Part shown: one piece after another, positions 8,197 to 13,810 of the stretch
Layout: each line of letters opens with the position of its first letter
How positions within the stretch are numbered: the stretch's first letter is position 1
Assembly: GCA_051382305.1 (NCBI GenBank)
Contig: JBBCAV010000085.1
Coordinates: 1-13,810, forward strand
From: Bdellovibrionota bacterium FG-2
Lineage (GTDB): Bacteria > Bdellovibrionota > UBA1018
Length of the DNA stretch: 13,810 bases
Reading direction: 5' to 3'
Program-made: the position numbers and the translations under genes
Notes under the pieces: model-generated
The model's database searches: none
What the model was told of the DNA's origin: nothing
Seen by the model: the letters and a program-made list of their open reading frames with translations, nothing else

Positions 8197-9471
8197 TTAG
8201 AAAAACAAAACCAACTCGCCCGCAAGCACGTCATTCTTTGTCACATTGCGGCCCGACAAAGGATGGCTGTAGGCAAGGTTAGCCTGAAACGGCAACTTGA
8301 ACTTCTTTTGTTTGTACCAATCCACCGTAGAGAATCCCGTCATAACCGTAGCGCTATGCAAAGCTTGAAGGGGCGCCTCATCTTCTAACCAACGATAACG
8401 TTCGGCATTGGCAGCCACATCACCTTCGTAACTCGTACGCGTCTGGTACTGGAAATTATAGCCTGCACCAAACGTCATCCCAAGAAACGGAACCGTGTAG
8501 CTCAGCGAAGTGCCTGAACCAATCTGATCTCCCAAGTTACGGCGAAGGAGTTCCTTATCAGCAGACAAAGAGTCCGCCGGAGAAGTCGGCAGCCTTTTTT
8601 CAATCGTATCAGAAACCTGCATGGTGTAGCCACCAAACACGTTCCAGCGCAGGTCTTGAGTCAAGAGTTTGCGATCGTAAATAAGGCCTAGCCCCACATC
8701 ATATTGTCCATCTCCCGTGGGCACGTCCAGAGCGCGATTTGGATTAGGTTTCGTTCCCGTGGGGAAAGTCACGTCGGCTTTCACACTCAAGGAATTCCAA
8801 TCATTCTTAATGGCGTTGTACTTGTTGACGAGCTTCACGTCGCCGATCCCTGAAATGTTCATGTTACCAATGCGCTCATAACCCAAACGCGTGAGCTTCT
8901 GATTTACTGCATCGTTTAATTTAGCAGCTGCCTCATCGGCTTTTACAGGACCCGAGGAATTTCCCGCAGCGTCCACAAACCGTTTGCCATCTTCAGCAGA
9001 AATGAATCCGGTGTCTGCGCTGACATCGACCTTCATTACAGGGACAGCAATCGCCATCGTCAACTTTTCAGTCACCCCCATAGCAAGCACGGGGACCTTA
9101 ATGTTGGCGTACGTATTGACTTGGCCAGAAGTGGAGCCCGGCGAACCCGCACGATCAATTCCAGCTTGTTTGATCAAGCCTTCGACTGTGGTCTTTTGGG
9201 TGGCATCGGGCTGGGCGGCAACGATATCGTTCCAGCTCACTACCTTATTGAGCTTTTGGCCAAGAGGTTCGGCCATCCCCACCCCATTATACTTCGTATC
9301 CACTTGCATAAAGAGATTCTTGAATCGGGGATTACGAATTCCGCGAGGAAGGACCTGGGAAGACTCAAGCTCAAAGGGGGCTTTGATATCCGAGGCATCC
9401 GCCAAAGTGACCAAACCGATCACACCGAATGCACACATTGCTATCCACTGATTTTTCAGATGATATTTCAT
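8197..9471 (-). CDS. Outer-membrane beta-barrel protein, COG4313 / Phenol_MetA_deg-like channel
   Basis: Signal peptide; SGIGDVKL..KY, LSVKADVTFPTG and PTGDGQYDVGLGL motifs resemble that family; amphipathic strands; C-terminal Phe (ELVLFF). Confidence 0.72.
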   Translation of the reverse strand: MKYHLKNQWIAMCAFGVIGLVTLADASDIKAPFELESSQVLPRGIRNPRFKNLFMQVDTKYNGVGMAEPLGQKLNKVVSWNDIVAAQPDATQKTTVEGLIKQAGIDRAGSPGSTSGQVNTYANIKVPVLAMGVTEKLTMAIAVPVMKVDVSADTGFISAEDGKRFVDAAGNSSGPVKADEAAAKLNDAVNQKLTRLGYERIGNMNISGIGDVKLVNKYNAIKNDWNSLSVKADVTFPTGTKPNPNRALDVPTGDGQYDVGLGLIYDRKLLTQDLRWNVFGGYTMQVSDTIEKRLPTSPADSLSADKELLRRNLGDQIGSGTSLSYTVPFLGMTFGAGYNFQYQTRTSYEGDVAANAERYRWLEDEAPLQALHSATVMTGFSTVDWYKQKKFKLPFQANLAYSHPLSGRNVTKNDVLAGELVLFF

Positions 9472-9513
9472 AAATCTTCCCAGTTCCTTTCGTTAATACT
9501 CGCGATATTATTT

Positions 9514-9540
9514 AGGTCTTAGAGGTCTTAAAGGCCTTTG
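9514..9540. repeat. 9-bp imperfect tandem repeat x3 spanning a stop codon
   Basis: AGGTCTTAG AGGTCTTAA AGGCCTTTG. Confidence 0.65.
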
Positions 9541-10322
9541 CGAAGATTGCGGCCTTCGGCAAACTCCTGTTGAGTTTCAGGAACTCGATCAGGATTGAGA
9601 GTCGCAGGATCTTGTGACAAAAGCTGATCAAGGATTTGACGAGCGCGAGCTTTTTCGTCCTTGTTTCCGTCGGCAAGCGTTTCGGCAAGGTACACGGCAT
9701 TCAAAGCCAAAGTCGGTGCATTTGCATAAGCTTTATCAAGCTCCTTTGTAGATTTATCGTTAGATCCACCCGCAAAGCCGGGGAGTTTAAAATAGACCCG
9801 ACCCATCGTGCGATGAGGACCATAACCATCAATCATCTCGCCTGCATCACCAGCCTGCGTATTGCGATCCATTGCATCGGCCATCGACTTCATGAGTTCA
9901 TCTTTACGGAAAAGGGACGAAATCACGCCATTGGCTTCAGCCCAACGAGCAAGGTTAACGCCATAGAAGTAGTGAGCGTCGGCATAATCATCGTTCAGAG
10001 CCATCGCTTCTTTGCAAAGAGCCATTCCACGATCGTGGGTAGCTTTCTTCTGGTCTTTGTCTGTTTGGTTGTTGCCCTTCCAGTAAACGGCACGGGATTC
10101 CAAAACTAAAATTTCGTACTTAAGATCGTCATCGCTCTCAACCAGGCCAGCCGCTTCGTTAAGCGCAGCGATCGCTTGATCATTGAGACTCAGATCGCCC
10201 CGTTGAGCGTAGAGATCACGGCCTTGCTCCATTTTTTCCCGAGCAGAGTCATCATCGGCCTTTACGCTTCCGGCGAAGCCGAAAGCAGCGAGCATCGAAC
10301 ACATCAAAATAAAACGTTTCAT
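9528..10322 (-). CDS. Periplasmic TPR-like helical protein of the TatT (TRAP T-component)/BstC-like type
   Basis: SPase I-type signal (..SVKA/DD); all-helical; HYFYGVNLARWAE..G and GPHRTMGRVYFKLPGFAGGSNDKS...LDKA match the pattern I recall for TatT-like proteins; purine-rich SD upstream. Confidence 0.68.
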   Translation of the reverse strand: MKRFILMCSMLAAFGFAGSVKADDDSAREKMEQGRDLYAQRGDLSLNDQAIAALNEAAGLVESDDDLKYEILVLESRAVYWKGNNQTDKDQKKATHDRGMALCKEAMALNDDYADAHYFYGVNLARWAEANGVISSLFRKDELMKSMADAMDRNTQAGDAGEMIDGYGPHRTMGRVYFKLPGFAGGSNDKSTKELDKAYANAPTLALNAVYLAETLADGNKDEKARARQILDQLLSQDPATLNPDRVPETQQEFAEGRNLRKGL

Positions 10323-10382
10323 AGATAAAATCCCCCTTTTTGGATTTGTTTGTTGAATGGCAATAATACTATTTCGCTGGGC

Positions 10383-10411
10383 GTTATAATCCTATTTTTT
10401 TAAGCGTACAA
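10383..10411 (-). promoter_or_regulatory. Possible sigma70-type promoter for the leftward operon
   Basis: Minus strand TTGTAC-N17-TATAAC, about 60 bp upstream of the ATG at 10322; both boxes are imperfect. Confidence 0.35.
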
Positions 10412-10431
10412 GTGTTTTTTGGATTATTTTT

Positions 10432-10448
10432 TAGGCACAGCCCTTGCT
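10432..10448 (+). promoter_or_regulatory. Sigma54 (RpoN) -24/-12 promoter
   Basis: TAGGCACAGCCCTTGCT versus consensus TGGCAC-N5-TTGCW; GG (10434-35) and GC (10446-47) are correctly spaced; intergenic, upstream of GGAGG and the ATG at 10512; T-rich tracts upstream. Confidence 0.75.
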
Positions 10449-10511
10449 CACGCATTTGCCACCCGCGCTCTTTAGTTCAACCGGGGTCATTGCGGAGGGG
10501 GAATTACTTCA

Positions 10512-11348
10512 ATGGGATCATCGACACTGGCTTTTGTTGTCACCGTTTGCCTGATTGCCGCCACTTTTCTTCCACGCTCTGGACCTGCCTCACTTGCAGA
10601 AAGAGATTACGACCTCGCACTGAAGATTGCAGAAAGAAAAGTGCAGAGGAACCATGGAGGAGAAAAGAGCAGTAATGGCAAACTGCAAATCCAAAATTTC
10701 TCTCCATCATTATCATTAAATGCAAAACTCTATCGCGCTGGGCAAACTTGGTGGGTTTTGGCCATGAGCGAACGGATTGTGCCCGACCACAGAGTCGAAA
10801 AAGAATTAGCCCCAAGCGGTCATTTAGGCCTGTTTCACTACGAGATTTTGCCTGATTCAAGCGAATACTCAGGGCCTCCTCAGTTCAAGATTCGGGTGAC
10901 CCAATTTCCTATCAAAGGGCAACCCCTTCCGGACGCGTCCGTCCAAAGCCTAGAATTGACGCTGGATGAACACCTGCGAGAAATCAATAAACATTACTTG
11001 TTTCTGGGGCGCAAACAACTGACCCCCGTTTCGCCAGAAGGAATTCGATCCGGAGTCACCGCACTTGAGTTCTTTCCGCTAGACGCAATTGATCTCTCGT
11101 CAGTAACGCCCACGCAATCTCCGAAATTCCCGGGTTTGGATCTTCCAAAACAGATGAAAGAAGCGCTTCTTGCGCTCCACTCTTCGTATCATTTTGAGTT
11201 TTCTGAAAAAAAAGGAACTTGGCTGGAACAAGACGATTTTTTTGGCCGACCCATCAACGCCTTTTGGACAAAAAACGAGCCTTGGCCCACCTATCTTCAC
11301 ATGCCGAGCGGCATTGCGATTTTGCTGCATGAGGTTTCGAAGCCATGA
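10512..11348 (+). CDS. Uncharacterised exported protein
   Basis: 278 aa ORF with an SD and a hydrophobic N-terminal signal or anchor; ATGA overlap with the next gene; no family recognised. Confidence 0.8.
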   Translation: MGSSTLAFVVTVCLIAATFLPRSGPASLAERDYDLALKIAERKVQRNHGGEKSSNGKLQIQNFSPSLSLNAKLYRAGQTWWVLAMSERIVPDHRVEKELAPSGHLGLFHYEILPDSSEYSGPPQFKIRVTQFPIKGQPLPDASVQSLELTLDEHLREINKHYLFLGRKQLTPVSPEGIRSGVTALEFFPLDAIDLSSVTPTQSPKFPGLDLPKQMKEALLALHSSYHFEFSEKKGTWLEQDDFFGRPINAFWTKNEPWPTYLHMPSGIAILLHEVSKP

Positions 11349-12886
11349 AAAACAGAACGAAAAACAGAACGAAAAATCAAAAAGCAATCATCGTCGTTTT
11401 CAGTGCACTGCTTATCTTTTCGTGCAGCAAAGCCATTAGCCCAGTTCCAAAGCATGCCCCCTTCACTCCCAGTGCACCCCGCACTCCTGAGCCTCCTCAG
11501 GCGCCAGAGAATTCACATTCCGAACCCACAACCACGCCGCAGGAGACTGAAGGCGACACTCCCTCAACTGTACCCAGTCATGAAGCTCCTGGCGAACCCA
11601 CACCGGAATTTCCCTATCCCAATTTTGAGGGCATCGAATTTCGTGGCGAAAAGAACTTCGCCTCCCTCATCAATCACTACGCACAGGGACAGTCCGTTCC
11701 CACCCCGTGGGCTGGCTATTGGTGGCCGTATACAAGCAACGGGATTGCGACCTCAACCTATAGTTCAGGAGGCAGCCCCGCTGGAAAATACGACGCGGCT
11801 CGGGGGGGGAGCACCCACGCTCAAGCGTGGGAAGTCACAAATCATGGAAGTGGGCTCAAAGGCCTTCAAGGCTGGGTGGGACATTGTAACGGCTGGACCG
11901 CCGCCGCCGCGCTCTTTCCTGAGCCCCGAACTTCAGCAAAAGTAAACGGAATTGTCTTTGGCTCAGGCGACATCAAAGCACTCCTCACTGAGGCAGCCAT
12001 GGAATCAAGCATCGACTTCTTTGGAACTCGCGTAGAATACGGCAACGAGTACGGCGGCCCCAAATACAACGACGTGGCCCCAGGACAATACTTCATGATC
12101 CTCACCAACTTTATGGGCAGGCTTAAACAAGCGGTCCTGGTTGATCGCTATACGGGAGAACAAGTCTGGAACCAGCCTCTGGCCGGCTATCGCTTCGAAT
12201 ATCCGAAACCCTCAGACTATATAGGAGCAGCCCCTAACGCACCCGGAGTCTATCGTATTTTGCTGACCTCCTCGATTTGGTGGATGAGAGATGATGTTTT
12301 GGCGGATATCTTAACACCGCCTTTTATCTTTGAGGATAACGAAGCAGTGCAATCGCGCACGCTAAAAATGGAACTCTGGCTTGATGGCCCCGTAGTATTT
12401 GGCGCGGACGGAAAAATTACTTCAAGCGGCGACGTGATTGTCACCCGAGAGGGAGACTATCTTGTGGGCGGTGCATGGAAGATGGGTGAGAGCTATTACG
12501 CTGATGCCTGGCCTGATTATATGTGGGTGGCGTATTCGGTGCAAAAACCAACAGACTATGCAAACCCCTATGTAGAAATCGACTGGATCAAAAAGCACCT
12601 GCTTGTGCCGGGCGGCGCAGATGATCCCACAGCAAGTCCGCGTCCTGTAGAACCTCCACCGACGCCAAGTCCCCGACCAACGACTTCGCCCTCGACGAGG
12701 CCCACACCGTGGCCAACAACCACCTCGACTCCCACGCCCCAGCCGAGTTCGACTCCGAATCCTGTTCCCACTCCGACAGTGACGCCAACGCCTACGCCTA
12801 CGGCGACGCCGACGCCGACTACACCTCCCCTCCCGCGGCCAACGGCGCCTCCTAATCCCAGACCGCTCACCAGCTCAGTTCAGTAG
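11345..12886 (+). CDS. Lipoprotein with a transglutaminase-elicitor (GP42-like) domain flanked by Pro/Thr-rich regions
   Basis: Lipobox LIFSC (Cys27); ordered motifs [30 protein letters not shown]...EP, VNGIVF...DIKALL and [10 protein letters not shown] resemble the TGase_elicitor family. Confidence 0.8.
   Translation: MKNRTKNRTKNQKAIIVVFSALLIFSCSKAISPVPKHAPFTPSAPRTPEPPQAPENSHSEPTTTPQETEGDTPSTVPSHEAPGEPTPEFPYPNFEGIEFRGEKNFASLINHYAQGQSVPTPWAGYWWPYTSNGIATSTYSSGGSPAGKYDAARGGSTHAQAWEVTNHGSGLKGLQGWVGHCNGWTAAAALFPEPRTSAKVNGIVFGSGDIKALLTEAAMESSIDFFGTRVEYGNEYGGPKYNDVAPGQYFMILTNFMGRLKQAVLVDRYTGEQVWNQPLAGYRFEYPKPSDYIGAAPNAPGVYRILLTSSIWWMRDDVLADILTPPFIFEDNEAVQSRTLKMELWLDGPVVFGADGKITSSGDVIVTREGDYLVGGAWKMGESYYADAWPDYMWVAYSVQKPTDYANPYVEIDWIKKHLLVPGGADDPTASPRPVEPPPTPSPRPTTSPSTRPTPWPTTTSTPTPQPSSTPNPVPTPTVTPTPTPTATPTPTTPPLPRPTAPPNPRPLTSSVQ
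11347..11376 (+). repeat. Perfect 12-bp tandem repeat x2.5 in the signal peptide n-region
   Basis: GAAAAACAGAAC GAAAAACAGAAC GAAAAA; encodes [10 protein letters not shown]. Confidence 0.9.
12626..12867 (+). repeat. Low-complexity Pro/Thr/Ser coding repeat
   Basis: [17 protein letters not shown]...[18 protein letters not shown] with varied codons. Confidence 0.9.
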
Positions 12887-13810
12887 GGCCACCACACACC
12901 CCGCGATCGGGAGCAAACTCCATACGGGCAAAACGCGCTTTCGAAAAGAAAAAAAGTATCCCAAACCCAGCACGAGAATAAAACTCCAACCTAAAACCGG
13001 CGTGACCAGCGTGAATCGCCCCAGCCTCACCGTCGCAGAAAAAATTGCGCCCAATACGGCGTAAATCGTCCATTCTGAAAATACTGCCGCGCGCTTCGCA
13101 CCCACCCCCGCCGAGAGCCACCGAGATACGACGGGCAAAATCCCCAAAACCAGAAAAAAAGCTGGGAAAAACACGCCAAACGTCGCCAAACAAGCGCCCA
13201 ATAGGCCTGCGACTTTATACCCCACAAACGTCACCGTCATCAAAAGCGGTCCGGGCGTGAGCTGCCCGATGGCGATTCCGTCTAAAAACTCAGAATGAGT
13301 CAGCCAGTGAAATCTTTGCACCACCTCCGCCTCAAGCATCGGAACAATAGCCAAACCACTGCCAAACAAAAACGCTCCGCCTTTGAAACAAACCCACAAT
13401 AATGCCCCTAAAGTCGGGAAAATAAGTGGCAAGTTCAATCCACTCGATAACCCCCCCACAAAGAAAACCGCCGGCATTTTTTTCGACCAGCCCCAAAGCT
13501 GAGCCTCCGAAAAAGCCACCCCCGACTCCCCCAGAAAAACAATCACAACGGGCTCCCACAACGGATGCAAAAACACAGCAAGACCCGCCAAAGCCGCTAT
13601 TGCCCACATCCGTGGCCGCCTCCAAAACGGCGCCCCCAAGGAAAAAACTGAAATTCCAATGGCAACCAACGCCCCCACCTGCAACCCCTGAAAAAATGGC
13701 AAGTTCTGAGGCACGCCTCCAAAATGGACGTAAGCAACACTGGCCCCTAAAACGAGCAAGAACGCAGGCAGAATGAAACAAATTCCCGCAAGTAGCCCGC
13801 CCCAATTCCC
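12875..13810 (-). CDS. chrA: Chromate ion transporter (CHR family, two-domain), 5'-truncated
   Basis: [21 protein letters not shown]...[18 protein letters not shown]....FVGY motif. The frame stays open to the window edge ([17 protein letters not shown], the end of the first CHR repeat), so the TTG at 13759 is not the real start. Confidence 0.92.
   Translation of the reverse strand, partial: GNWGGLLAGICFILPAFLLVLGASVAYVHFGGVPQNLPFFQGLQVGALVAIGISVFSLGAPFWRRPRMWAIAALAGLAVFLHPLWEPVVIVFLGESGVAFSEAQLWGWSKKMPAVFFVGGLSSGLNLPLIFPTLGALLWVCFKGGAFLFGSGLAIVPMLEAEVVQRFHWLTHSEFLDGIAIGQLTPGPLLMTVTFVGYKVAGLLGACLATFGVFFPAFFLVLGILPVVSRWLSAGVGAKRAAVFSEWTIYAVLGAIFSATVRLGRFTLVTPVLGWSFILVLGLGYFFSFRKRVLPVWSLLPIAGCVVALLN

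Noticed and set aside
8984-10109. Plus-strand ORFs of 155, 133 and 157 aa
   Set aside because: Antisense to well-formed signal-peptide-bearing genes.
10385-10390. Plus-strand TATAAT -10 box
   Set aside because: There is no suitably spaced -35 element and the surroundings are AT-rich.
10446-10461. Second sigma54 site on the minus strand (TGGCAA...GC)
   Set aside because: GG-to-GC spacing is one base too long and the -12 box lacks TTGC.
12568-12870. Gly/Val-rich 100 aa minus-strand ORF
   Set aside because: It is the reverse-complement shadow of the PT repeat.
11345-12886. Functional link between EpmA/EF-P and the proline-rich protein
   Set aside because: The tail is mostly alternating PT with a single PPP, EF-P acts globally, and proximity alone is not evidence.
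13045-13805. Alternative-frame ORFs over chrA, suggesting a frameshift
   Set aside because: The chrA frame is continuous to the window edge, so no frameshift is needed.

Overview
Dense bacterial window, probably a metagenomic contig end. The gene content (exported lipoproteins, a TGase-elicitor-like protein, EpmA) would fit Bdellovibrionota or a related lineage, but that is inference only. Bases 1-20 are Nextera/Tn5 adapter. A tightly packed minus-strand run of nine genes (10322 to the contig end) encodes a TatT/TPR-like periplasmic protein, a COG4313-like outer-membrane barrel, a lipoprotein with a long predicted alpha-hairpin, an RDD protein, an S4-containing RluA-family pseudouridine synthase, an MdlA/MdlB-type heterodimeric ABC exporter, EpmA with an unusual N-terminal extension, and a truncated membrane sensor missing from the ORF track. 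A divergent two-gene unit behind a near-consensus sigma54 promoter encodes an unknown exported protein and a transglutaminase-elicitor (GP42)-like lipoprotein with Pro/Thr-rich arms. It converges on a partial chromate transporter. The best candidates for undescribed systems are the TatT-like/barrel/hairpin-lipoprotein envelope module and the sigma54 TGase-like pair. No RNA genes, CRISPR arrays or mobile elements were seen.
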